A stretch of 45,081 bases of DNA, from contig JARRQD010000011.1 in NCBI GenBank assembly GCA_037382205.1, positions 2,898 to 47,978 of the forward strand. The letters run 5' to 3'. Shown here one piece after another: positions 1-8,618 of this stretch (its first letter is position 1; each line of letters opens with the position of its first letter). This stretch comes from Candidatus Thiodiazotropha sp. (GTDB lineage Bacteria > Pseudomonadota > Gammaproteobacteria > Chromatiales > Chromatiaceae). Both the position numbers and the translations under genes were made by a program. The notes under the pieces are model-generated. The model was not told where the DNA came from. It did not search any database and saw nothing but the letters and a program-made list of their open reading frames with translations.

Positions 1-2
1 TC

Positions 3-674
3 GGTTTTGTAGAGGCAGGTATTCCCCTTGGCGTCACCTTCTCATTTCTCATCGCTTCACCAATGATCAATGAAGTCGCTGTGGTGATCCTTTTCGGTAT
101 TCTCGGCTGGCAACTCACCCTACTCTATGTCGCTGCCGGGTTGCTTGTAGCCTGGTTTGGCGGATTGACCATGAAGTGGCTTAGAACGGAGCGCTGGGTA
201 GAAGATTATGTGTGGAAAATTCAAATGGGAGAACTGGCCCAGCCGATTGCCGATCGCTCACTCAAGGGGCGTCACCAATACGCGATGGCGGAAGTCAGGG
301 AGATTGTCGGCAGAATCTGGAAGTGGGTATTCCTGGGCATCGGTGTAGGAGCAATATTCCACGGCTACATTCCCGAAGATTGGGTTACCCGCCATCTTGC
401 TTCTGGTAACTGGTATGACGTACCAACGGCCGTGTTGTTGGGAATCCCCCTATACTCAAATGCCACGGGAATCATCCCAGTGGCTGAAGTGATGCTTGGC
501 AAAGGTGTTGCAATCGGCACCACATTAGCGCTGATGATGAGCGTAGCAGCCCTATCGCTACCGGAGATATTAATCTTGAGAAAGGTCATAAAATGGCAGG
601 CCCTGGCACTTTTCATACTTGTTCTCGCCTTATCTTTCATCTGTGTTGGCTGGGTCTTTAACGGAATTGCCTGA
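3..674 (+). CDS. DUF318/ArsP-family permease, 5'-truncated by window edge
   Basis: Frame is open from position 3 (GFVEAGIPLGVTFSFLIASPMINEVAV), with later family motifs GIPLYSNATGIIPV and GTTLALMMSVAALSLPE; multiple TM segments. Confidence 0.85.
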   Translation, partial: GFVEAGIPLGVTFSFLIASPMINEVAVVILFGILGWQLTLLYVAAGLLVAWFGGLTMKWLRTERWVEDYVWKIQMGELAQPIADRSLKGRHQYAMAEVREIVGRIWKWVFLGIGVGAIFHGYIPEDWVTRHLASGNWYDVPTAVLLGIPLYSNATGIIPVAEVMLGKGVAIGTTLALMMSVAALSLPEILILRKVIKWQALALFILVLALSFICVGWVFNGIA

Positions 675-800
675 GCGTTTTTGATCGAGATTCGTCGACA
701 TGGCCAAGCTAAATGATTGAGGTTTGACTTGTTTATGATGAGTGTTTGCAGTGATTGGCGTCGATTCACAGCCAATCAAAACTGCGCTACGAGCGTACTG

Positions 801-1355
801 CTATCTATTAGCTGGCCTGAAAGGAAGCCCCTTCTTTGGCAGCGGGCTTTTTTTATCCTTCTCCACATTCAGCTCAAGGAGCTGTTTTTTTCCTCGTCGA
901 ACAACCGTCGCACTTGTCTGATCGACCGATTCCAGCTTCCAGTCATCTTGACTCATTCCCTGGGCAACCCGCAGTAAGCGGTTGCTACTGAGATCCCGGA
1001 TGACCGCAACCCGATTTTTCGGCGTAATCACCACACCTTCCAACTTGAGCTTCAACGGCGTCAGTCGGGCGACCGGTTTCGTGGTGTCTTTTTCAGGCTC
1101 TTCCGGGGGGATGCGGCCTTCTCTGAATAAGGGGCGATCGGTTATCTCCTGATAGGCAGAAATCGATGCCGGGGTAAATCGGCTGAGTGAGGCTATTTTT
1201 GTTGTCTGCTTTTGGTTAGCCTTGGCTTGTGGTTTGTCCGTCACCTCTACCTCAGTCGGATTCTGCCACTGATAGACAAATATTCCAGAGCCGAGACCGA
1301 TCCCGAACAGCAACAGCAGAGTGAGTGAATTGAAAAAAGTCTTCCAGGGGCTCAT
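801..1355 (-). CDS. T2SS GspN/XpsN (GspC-like) inner-membrane protein
   Basis: N-terminal TM, 'ITDRPLF..GR.PP' motif, beta-rich 'LKLEGVVI' domain; last gene of the T2SS operon, overlaps gspM by 4 nt. Confidence 0.7.
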   Translation of the reverse strand: MSPWKTFFNSLTLLLLFGIGLGSGIFVYQWQNPTEVEVTDKPQAKANQKQTTKIASLSRFTPASISAYQEITDRPLFREGRIPPEEPEKDTTKPVARLTPLKLKLEGVVITPKNRVAVIRDLSSNRLLRVAQGMSQDDWKLESVDQTSATVVRRGKKQLLELNVEKDKKSPLPKKGLPFRPANR

Positions 1356-1954
1356 GAATCCAGCCCCTTCACTTTCATATAGCCCACCAGTTCAAAGTCG
1401 ATGTCGAGCAACTCAAGGATCTGTTTGATCTTTTTGTTTGCCGGCAGTCGACGTCTAGCAACCGGTCGACTTCGAACCACAATCTCATCGACAAACAAGA
1501 AAGGCTTTTTACTCTCCAGTTGGTGGAATATCGAGACACTGTTTTCCAGAGTACTCTTCATTCTCACACGAATCGCCACTCGACTGAACCCATCCTCCTG
1601 GTCGTTACCGACGATCTGTGTACTGAGGATTTCCCCATTGTTCGAAGAGATAACCTGTTTCACCCGGCGTTGCAGTTCAGCCTTCGCCAGTGAGTCGGTT
1701 TCACTTTGAAGATAGCGACGATCCGACTGACGTAGCCGCTTCAAACGAGCGGCTTCAGCTTGGTAGTGATCCGCTTGAGAAGAGATCCGCTGGTAGAGTT
1801 GAATCTGATGCTGGTGGCTACTGATCTTTTCATCATAGTAATTGTTCAGTGTCCAGAGCGGATAAATCACAGCAAACAGGCTCAATGCAATCACCAGTAT
1901 GAGCAGCGCTAAGGCCAGCAGACGACTCTGTTTGGGGGTCAGTGATTCAACCAT
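1352..1954 (-). CDS. gspM: T2SS protein GspM (XpsM/PilO-like)
   Basis: Single N-terminal TM, coiled coil, 'LES.KPFLFVDE' ferredoxin-like C-terminus; position after gspL. Confidence 0.8.
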   Translation of the reverse strand: MVESLTPKQSRLLALALLILVIALSLFAVIYPLWTLNNYYDEKISSHQHQIQLYQRISSQADHYQAEAARLKRLRQSDRRYLQSETDSLAKAELQRRVKQVISSNNGEILSTQIVGNDQEDGFSRVAIRVRMKSTLENSVSIFHQLESKKPFLFVDEIVVRSRPVARRRLPANKKIKQILELLDIDFELVGYMKVKGLDS

Positions 1955-1989
1955 TCAAACCACTCCCTTCGATCGCCATCGGAAATCGC

Positions 1990-3069
1990 TCATCTCTCAT
2001 CTCCCACTTGCCCGGATATCAGCTCTGCAGAGATGTGAAAGCGCTCTGTATTGTTCCTTCTGTTTTGTGTTACCGGCGAACGGAATGAGACATTATGAAA
2101 AAGCTTGGAAGATTCGATCAGTGGTATCAGTACAGCGGATGCGACCGATTGACCATGGATATGTACCTTGTCATCTCGGATTTCGAAGTGGTTCACCCAG
2201 GTATCATCAGGCAGCAACAGGGTCAATTCATTGAGTATCTCCAGGATCTGCACGGATGATCTTTTCTTGTCCTCAAGAAATCTGTTCTCCAGCTCCGCAT
2301 TGGCTACAGAGTCTCTGAGTTTTGAGACCTCATTGGCTTGTTGTTGACTGTGGCTAAGTTGTTCTTCAAGCTGGGCGGTCAAAACAGCCTTCTGCCATAC
2401 CGGCAACAGTAGATTCCCTGCCAGGACAATCAGCAGCGCAAAGAAGAGTATCAGGTTGATTAAGCGGTAGCGTTTACGTGGTTTTTCCCGCTTTTGCGGA
2501 GGCAGTAAGTTGACCGCGTTAAGTTTTGGATCGAACTCTTCACAGGGTGAGATGGCATTAATCCTGACATTGTGCTCATCCAACTGCTGTAGAGCATGAG
2601 TGATTTGATCCACTGGCGCCAGAATCAGGGTAATATCAAGGGTGCGATTCTGCTTGTCTCTCCCATTGATCACATAGTCATAGTAGACCTGACTGGCATT
2701 AAAAGGGGTCTGGCGATCCATCTCGAATGCCAACACCTCTCTCAGGTTCTCCTCTGCCTCGATCGGTAGTGTGACCTTTTTGAACAGATATTTTTTCCTC
2801 TCCAGGCAGAGACGTATCTCACTGGCCGAGGCCAGCAGACGGTTCTGATCTGGATTGTCAAAATCGATAATCTTCAGGTAATTCTGTTCGACCTCTTCAC
2901 CGCTTAGGCCGTGGTTGACCATGCGTAGCGCCTCATCCTCGTAGAGCAGTTGCGCTGGCCGGCCGCCACTGAACAACGCACGCAGCGCTTCCGGCATGAG
3001 TGAACTGATTTCACCACGCCACCAGTGCCAGAAACCCAGCCATTGATATCTTAGTGTCTGTACGGCCAT
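1990..3069 (-). CDS. gspL: T2SS protein GspL (XpsL, PilN-domain)
   Basis: 'FWHWWRGE', 'LPIEAEENLREVLAFEMDRQTPF', 'NLLP'+TM, 'LLPDDTW' PilN-like periplasmic domain. Confidence 0.85.
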   Translation of the reverse strand: MAVQTLRYQWLGFWHWWRGEISSLMPEALRALFSGGRPAQLLYEDEALRMVNHGLSGEEVEQNYLKIIDFDNPDQNRLLASASEIRLCLERKKYLFKKVTLPIEAEENLREVLAFEMDRQTPFNASQVYYDYVINGRDKQNRTLDITLILAPVDQITHALQQLDEHNVRINAISPCEEFDPKLNAVNLLPPQKREKPRKRYRLINLILFFALLIVLAGNLLLPVWQKAVLTAQLEEQLSHSQQQANEVSKLRDSVANAELENRFLEDKKRSSVQILEILNELTLLLPDDTWVNHFEIRDDKVHIHGQSVASAVLIPLIESSKLFHNVSFRSPVTQNRRNNTERFHISAELISGQVGDER

Positions 3070-3095
3070 TGAATAATTCTATCCGCTTTTCCCCC

Positions 3096-3998
3096 TTATA
3101 ACGACTCATACCAGGAATGAATCGAATAAGGTTTTGTACCCTGGTTTTTCAGCGCCACATCCGCCACTAATCTGGCATGCCCCCCCGGCTTTGTCCTGGC
3201 ATTGACTTCTATGCGAAACACTCTGCTCTGTGAGGTACCGCCACCCTGGGTGAGATCTAGATCTGCCAATTCACTGTCCAGTTGGTCCAGAACCTCACCC
3301 AGTTCTGAACCAGGCTGGCGATTCGTGGTCAACAAGGCTGTCAGTTGCTCAGAGGCAAACCTGAAATCAACTGTGGAACTCTCTGAATTGAGTGTGACAT
3401 AGGGGCGTAACCTGTTGACCCGCTCGGCATCAAAACCCATCACATAGGCCAGCTCTTCAAGGCTGGTCAGATCTTTGCCAGTGGTCGCGTAGTTGTAACC
3501 CTCAGCCCGATAATCCTTGTCTTCCGCACCATTCAACCTGCGCAAATTATCCCCATCGCGCCAATCATTGAGTCGGTCAACCAAGCTATTTCGCTCTTCC
3601 GGGCTATCTGAAATCAGCACAAACAATCGATTCAACTGGTCAGCGGAAGCCTTATTCAGATCCAGCAAACCGGATGCGTTACGTATCGCAATCTCCAACG
3701 CCCCCTGGTTGGTCTCTAAGGTATATACCTGACCATTAAAATTCCATCTCTGCTCCGGATTGTTGACCATAAGCTCCATCACTGCCCGACTGAAACCAGT
3801 TTCGGCCAGGAGTTTTGCCTGAAGGGACGCCTTGGCGTTACCGGCAAGCCGGCTTTCAACCTTCGATTGGGTGGAAAAGCTGGCGGCAACAATCGTCATT
3901 AAGGCAACCAGCCAAAGGACCAGAATCAATGCAACCCCTCTACTGTGGCGGCTGGCTGTATAACCCCCTCGGTTTTGTCTATTTTTCAGCCTCATCAA
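3096..3998 (-). CDS. gspK: T2SS minor pseudopilin GspK
   Basis: 'G/VALILVLW' prepilin end without Glu5, 'GLLDLN', 'DWRDGD...GAE...Y', 'LEEL..V.G' motifs. Confidence 0.9.
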   Translation of the reverse strand: MMRLKNRQNRGGYTASRHSRGVALILVLWLVALMTIVAASFSTQSKVESRLAGNAKASLQAKLLAETGFSRAVMELMVNNPEQRWNFNGQVYTLETNQGALEIAIRNASGLLDLNKASADQLNRLFVLISDSPEERNSLVDRLNDWRDGDNLRRLNGAEDKDYRAEGYNYATTGKDLTSLEELAYVMGFDAERVNRLRPYVTLNSESSTVDFRFASEQLTALLTTNRQPGSELGEVLDQLDSELADLDLTQGGGTSQSRVFRIEVNARTKPGGHARLVADVALKNQGTKPYSIHSWYESL

Positions 3999-4663
3999 TG
4001 ATTGCGCCTTATTCTGACGATCCGCTCATTGGGCATGCTCATACCCTCTTCAGTAAGTGTGATCTTCACCAGTTCAGGGTAATTACCGTTGAGCTGTTGC
4101 CAAAGATCCGTCCATTCCGGTTCTGTCCGGTTGGGCAATCGTCCGAAAAAACTGAATTCGATATTTTCCAATCCAGATAGGAGTATCCGTTTGCGCCCCT
4201 CTTCAGGCAGTAGAAACTGGTGGTTATTTGGCTGGTATGGCAGGTAATAGAGCAGCAGATGAGTACCCTGTTCGAGATCATCCTGCAGCGCCAAACGATA
4301 CTCAAACAAGCCGCCTGGTCGATACTGCTGCGGTGCTGGCGCGATGAACTGTACATGTCGCGCGTCACCACTGAAGGCGATCTGGCGAACTCGATTCTGC
4401 TGCTGCCAAATCAGCGGAATCAGATTGCGAATGACCTGCTCCACCCGGGCAACAGCAAGCTGCTTCGCCAGTTTCTCGTCGCTGTTTTCCGCCACTCGCT
4501 CCCAACCTTTGACATTGAGAAACAGCATCGAGACAGAGGTTGTGCTAATAACGGCCAGCAGCAGCAAGGCGATCATCATCTCCAGCAGTGTAAAACCAGC
4601 ACAGGCGATGTTAGGGTCTGCTCGCTTAGGAAATCGGCTTGTCTGTCTATCAGGGTTTGGCAC
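3995..4663 (-). CDS. gspJ: T2SS minor pseudopilin GspJ
   Basis: G/FTLLEMM N-methylation site; C-terminal 'W...W....PELVKI'. Confidence 0.85.
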   Translation of the reverse strand: MPNPDRQTSRFPKRADPNIACAGFTLLEMMIALLLLAVISTTSVSMLFLNVKGWERVAENSDEKLAKQLAVARVEQVIRNLIPLIWQQQNRVRQIAFSGDARHVQFIAPAPQQYRPGGLFEYRLALQDDLEQGTHLLLYYLPYQPNNHQFLLPEEGRKRILLSGLENIEFSFFGRLPNRTEPEWTDLWQQLNGNYPELVKITLTEEGMSMPNERIVRIRRNH

Positions 4664-5063
4664 GTATCACCCCGATTCGAGTAAATGACAATTGCCGAGT
4701 GCCGCCCGGGGCATCCCAGCTGATTTTCAATATCTCTTCCACCGATCTGAGTGGCAACGCCATGAGTTTGCCATCGTTCCAGTCATAGGGCTGGCGTAAG
4801 TAGCTCCAGGTATAGGTGTCCTGCTCAGTACCCTGCTCGCTATAACTGTCAGTATCAACCTCCACACTCATCTGCTCAAGACGACTTCGAGCGATTGCTA
4901 CAGCTTCAAAATATTGTGATGCCACCTGATGGTTTCTTACTGCAGTGGAGTTTATTCTCAAAATAACGCTCATCGTCATGGCAAGTATGACGAAGGCCAC
5001 CAACACTTCAATCAGTGACATACCCTCAGACTTTGAATGGGACATCTTCGTTGAAATCGTCAC
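4650..5063 (-). CDS. gspI: T2SS minor pseudopilin GspI
   Basis: G/MSLIEVLVAF prepilin motif, 137 aa, position between H and J. Confidence 0.85.
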   Translation of the reverse strand: MTISTKMSHSKSEGMSLIEVLVAFVILAMTMSVILRINSTAVRNHQVASQYFEAVAIARSRLEQMSVEVDTDSYSEQGTEQDTYTWSYLRQPYDWNDGKLMALPLRSVEEILKISWDAPGGTRQLSFTRIGVIRAKP

Positions 5064-5511
5064 TGTTGAGCATCTGCACCCGACTGGTCAACCAATCCAC
5101 TGTGATCACAAATCCTCTTGTCTCATTACCCAGGCGGACAAAACCGCCACTTGAACTTCCATCAGGATAGAAGTGCAACACCAGTATCTGTTGAGTGTGA
5201 TCAATGTTCTCTGCATCAAAACTGATCCCTTCAGGCAGCTGTCGGACCTCACCCTGATTCAGCAAATCACTCTGATATTGATCGCTATGCAACTGAAAAC
5301 TGATTTTCGATTCACTGCCGGTAAGGATTGCCGACTGCTGTACATAGCGAATCTCCTGAACCAGATCTCTAGCCGCTGCCTTCAGTTTCAGTGCCGGGAA
5401 GGCTTTGTGCATCAGTGGGGGTGTCAAGCTAAACATCATCGCCATCAAGACCATCACCAACATCAGCTCAATCAGTGTAAAGCCCCGATTCTTTAGCATT
5501 TTTCTGTTCAT
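5026..5511 (-). CDS. gspH: T2SS minor pseudopilin GspH (FimT-like)
   Basis: G/FTLIELM motif; 'FYPDGSSSGG' and 'VDWLT' GspH signatures. Confidence 0.85.
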   Translation of the reverse strand: MNRKMLKNRGFTLIELMLVMVLMAMMFSLTPPLMHKAFPALKLKAAARDLVQEIRYVQQSAILTGSESKISFQLHSDQYQSDLLNQGEVRQLPEGISFDAENIDHTQQILVLHFYPDGSSSGGFVRLGNETRGFVITVDWLTSRVQMLNSDDFNEDVPFKV

Positions 5512-6728
5512 AGGGCCACCAACGAGTTAACCCCAAGGATGGCCACCAGGATGGACATGACCACACCAGCGATAATCAAACCAAGCACCAGAATCATCAC
5601 CGGCTCGACCAGACTGAGTGCCCTTTTGATCAGGGTCTGGGTCTCCATATCGAGGATCTCTGCAGTCTGCATCAGCATTGGCTCAAGTTGGCCTGACTCT
5701 TCGCCAACCCGGATCATCTGCAGGGCAAATTGAGGAAATTGGGCATATTCAGCCAATGGGTCAGCCAGCCTTTGGCCGGAGCGCAGATTTTTGATGACCT
5801 GATCCATGCCATCGGCAATCACAAAGTTACCAATCGTCTCTTTAACGATCGCAACAGATTTCAGCAACGGTACCCCATTCTCCAAAAGGGTGCCCAGGGT
5901 TCGGCAGAAACGGGCCGCTTCCACCTGCTTGATGATCGGCCCAATCACGCCAAGATTGAGTAAACGGCCATGCCAGCGTTTTGCCGTACGTTTGCGACTC
6001 ATCTGCCACTTAAAAAAGAGGATCAACAAAAAAACCGCCAGCGCCAGCAACCAACCATAATCCTGCAGGAATGTTGCCAGACCCATGGTGATTTGGGTGG
6101 AGAGCGGCAGAGCCTCCCCCATATCCAAGAACAGTTCACTGAACTGTGGAATCACATAGGTTAATAGGATCAGAATCGATGAGATGGCGACAAACAGCAG
6201 GATCGCCGGATAGATCAGTGCAGAGATTAGCGAACTTCTGACCTCCTGCGCCTGTTCCAGATGGATCGAGAGTCTTGAGAGCACACTTTCCAGAGCGCCA
6301 CCCGCCTCTCCAGCTCGTACCATCTGAATATAGAAGTTATTGAAGACTCCCGCCTCCTTGGCCAACGCATCAGCAAATGAGTGGCCACTTTTCAAGCTGT
6401 CACGAATACTCAGCAAATGTTGGCTGAACAGAGAGTCATCTCCGGAAATCGAGACGAGTATGCCAAGCGCAGAATCAAGAGGCTGACCTGAGTGCAGCAG
6501 CGTCGCTAATTCACGGGTAAAAGCAACCACCTGACCCTGAGTAATTTTTTTACGTTTGAACAGCCTGCGAGGTGATGTCTGAGTCTTTTCACGACTCTCC
6601 TCTACGCGGATCGGTACCTGCCCATTCAGGTGAATCTGATTAACTGCATGTTCCCGGCTGACTGCTTCCAGTACTCCTTCGATAATTTCACCATCTGATG
6701 CAACTGCCTTATAGAGAAATGAGGCCAT
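5508..6728 (-). CDS. gspF: T2SS inner-membrane platform protein GspF
   Basis: 'FTRELATLL.SG', 'MVRAGEAGG.L', 'ALIYP', 'VGEESG.L', 'EP' motifs. Confidence 0.95.
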   Translation of the reverse strand: MASFLYKAVASDGEIIEGVLEAVSREHAVNQIHLNGQVPIRVEESREKTQTSPRRLFKRKKITQGQVVAFTRELATLLHSGQPLDSALGILVSISGDDSLFSQHLLSIRDSLKSGHSFADALAKEAGVFNNFYIQMVRAGEAGGALESVLSRLSIHLEQAQEVRSSLISALIYPAILLFVAISSILILLTYVIPQFSELFLDMGEALPLSTQITMGLATFLQDYGWLLALAVFLLILFFKWQMSRKRTAKRWHGRLLNLGVIGPIIKQVEAARFCRTLGTLLENGVPLLKSVAIVKETIGNFVIADGMDQVIKNLRSGQRLADPLAEYAQFPQFALQMIRVGEESGQLEPMLMQTAEILDMETQTLIKRALSLVEPVMILVLGLIIAGVVMSILVAILGVNSLVAL

Positions 6729-8476
6729 CAGCTCTCCTGGGTGACTCTTAATAATTCTTCCAGTGTGGTGATACCCCGTGCCACCTTGTACAGGCCATCC
6801 TCATACATGGATTTTGCCCCTTCCCGCTTGGCACAGGCTGCCAGGGCATGTTTGTCTTTGCCTTGCAGTATCAGAGACTGCATCGCTTCACTCAGCTCGA
6901 TCATCTCGATAATCGCACTTCGCCCACGATAACCACTGCCACCACATTGATCACAGCCGACAGCTTTGTATAGCCTGGGTGATGCTTGAATTGCGGAAAA
7001 GCGGGCAACAATCTCTGCTGGCGCTGTATAGGGTTGTTTGCAGTGTGGACAGAGATTACGCACCAACCGTTGGGCAACAATCGCATTCACGGTTGAGGTC
7101 AATAGAAATGGCTCGATCCCCATATCGATAAACCGGGTGATGCTACCGGCCGCATCATTGGTATGCAGGGATGAAAGCACTAAGTGGCCGGTCAGTGCTG
7201 ACTGCACAGCGATCTTGGCGGTCTCCTGGTCACGGATCTCACCGATCATGATCACATCCGGATCCTGTCTGACAATGGATCGCAAAGCCTCACTGAAGCC
7301 GAGCCCGATACTCGCTTTCACTTGGATCTGATTGACCCCCTCAATATTGTATTCAACCGGATCCTCAACCGTCAGAATCTTTCTTTCGGGGCGATTGAGA
7401 TAGTTCAGTGCCGCATACAATGAAGTGGTCTTACCGCTGCCGGTGGGGCCGGTGACCACAACGATGCCATGGGGTCGATCGAGAATCTCCAGCAGCCGCT
7501 TTTCGGTGGCGCTTTCAAAACCGAGATTGGCGAAGTCCAGGTTCAGTTCATCCCGTTGTAACAGCCTTAATACCATGCTCTCGCCATGCAGCGTAGGAAC
7601 TGTGGAGACGCGCAGATCCAGGGTAGCCCCATGCACCCGAATCTTGAATCGTCCATCCTGTGGCAGACGGCGCTCAGCGATGTTCAGATGGGCCATAATT
7701 TTGATACGAGAGATCAAAGCCGGTGCCATATTGATCGATGGATGTTCCGTCTCGCGCAGCAGACCATCAACCCGATAACGGATCTTCAACACCTGTTCGA
7801 AGGGTTCAATGTGGATATCCGAAGCTTTACTGGAAACTGCTCGTTGAATGATCTGATTGACCATCTTGATGACCGGCGCTTCGCTGGCCAGCTCTTTGAG
7901 TTGCTCGACATCATCCAGCAGCAACTGATGCTCAACACCGTCACCCTCTTCAGCAGAACTGCTTTTCTGTAACTCGTTAAAATGCTCCTGGATGGTCTCA
8001 TCGATCTCACTGGCGATGCCAGTCAGCAGTTTCACCGGCTTACCGCTGATCAGCTCCAGAGCCTCTACAACGAAGCGATCACTGGGGTCAACCATGATCG
8101 CCAGTATGTAATCTTGCTGTTCATCAAACACCACCAGCCGGTGCTGCTTGAGGAAATTCGCAGAGATGTTCTCACTGAGATGAGCCAGATCCGGATACGC
8201 TTTGCGTTCAGCCAGAGGCACACCACAGATATCCACCAGGGCCAACGCAAGATCGCGATCCGAAATCAGTCCCAGTTGCAGCAGAATATTGCTGATCGAC
8301 TCATCGCTTTGCTGACTCTCTTTCAGTCGTACCGCCCGATCCGCTTCGGCTGCTCCAAGGCGTCCGGAAGCCACCAGCGCCACACAGATGGGTTGTCGAG
8401 TATAGACAGGTTCCAATTGTTCTGTGTCTTCTGTCGAGAGAGTTTCGTTGTTGATGGTGTGACTCGTTGTGTTCAT
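6728..8476 (-). CDS. gspE: T2SS ATPase GspE with N-terminal extension (XpsE-type)
   Basis: ASDIHIEP, PQDGR, Walker A GPTGSGKTT, EDPVE, RQDPDVIMIGEIRD, TGHLVLSSLH, two CxxC pairs. Confidence 0.95.
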   Translation of the reverse strand: MNTTSHTINNETLSTEDTEQLEPVYTRQPICVALVASGRLGAAEADRAVRLKESQQSDESISNILLQLGLISDRDLALALVDICGVPLAERKAYPDLAHLSENISANFLKQHRLVVFDEQQDYILAIMVDPSDRFVVEALELISGKPVKLLTGIASEIDETIQEHFNELQKSSSAEEGDGVEHQLLLDDVEQLKELASEAPVIKMVNQIIQRAVSSKASDIHIEPFEQVLKIRYRVDGLLRETEHPSINMAPALISRIKIMAHLNIAERRLPQDGRFKIRVHGATLDLRVSTVPTLHGESMVLRLLQRDELNLDFANLGFESATEKRLLEILDRPHGIVVVTGPTGSGKTTSLYAALNYLNRPERKILTVEDPVEYNIEGVNQIQVKASIGLGFSEALRSIVRQDPDVIMIGEIRDQETAKIAVQSALTGHLVLSSLHTNDAAGSITRFIDMGIEPFLLTSTVNAIVAQRLVRNLCPHCKQPYTAPAEIVARFSAIQASPRLYKAVGCDQCGGSGYRGRSAIIEMIELSEAMQSLILQGKDKHALAACAKREGAKSMYEDGLYKVARGITTLEELLRVTQES

Positions 8477-8618
8477 CCCATGCCTGTCTTCAAACTACCA
8501 AAATATATTTATAACTAGTGTAGTGTCCAATATAAGTAGCTTGCTGGTTTAGCTTCGTTTCATTGACCCACTAGCTGCTTTGCAGGCAGGTATTAGAGAC
8601 GCCCCCTATGCAGCGAGA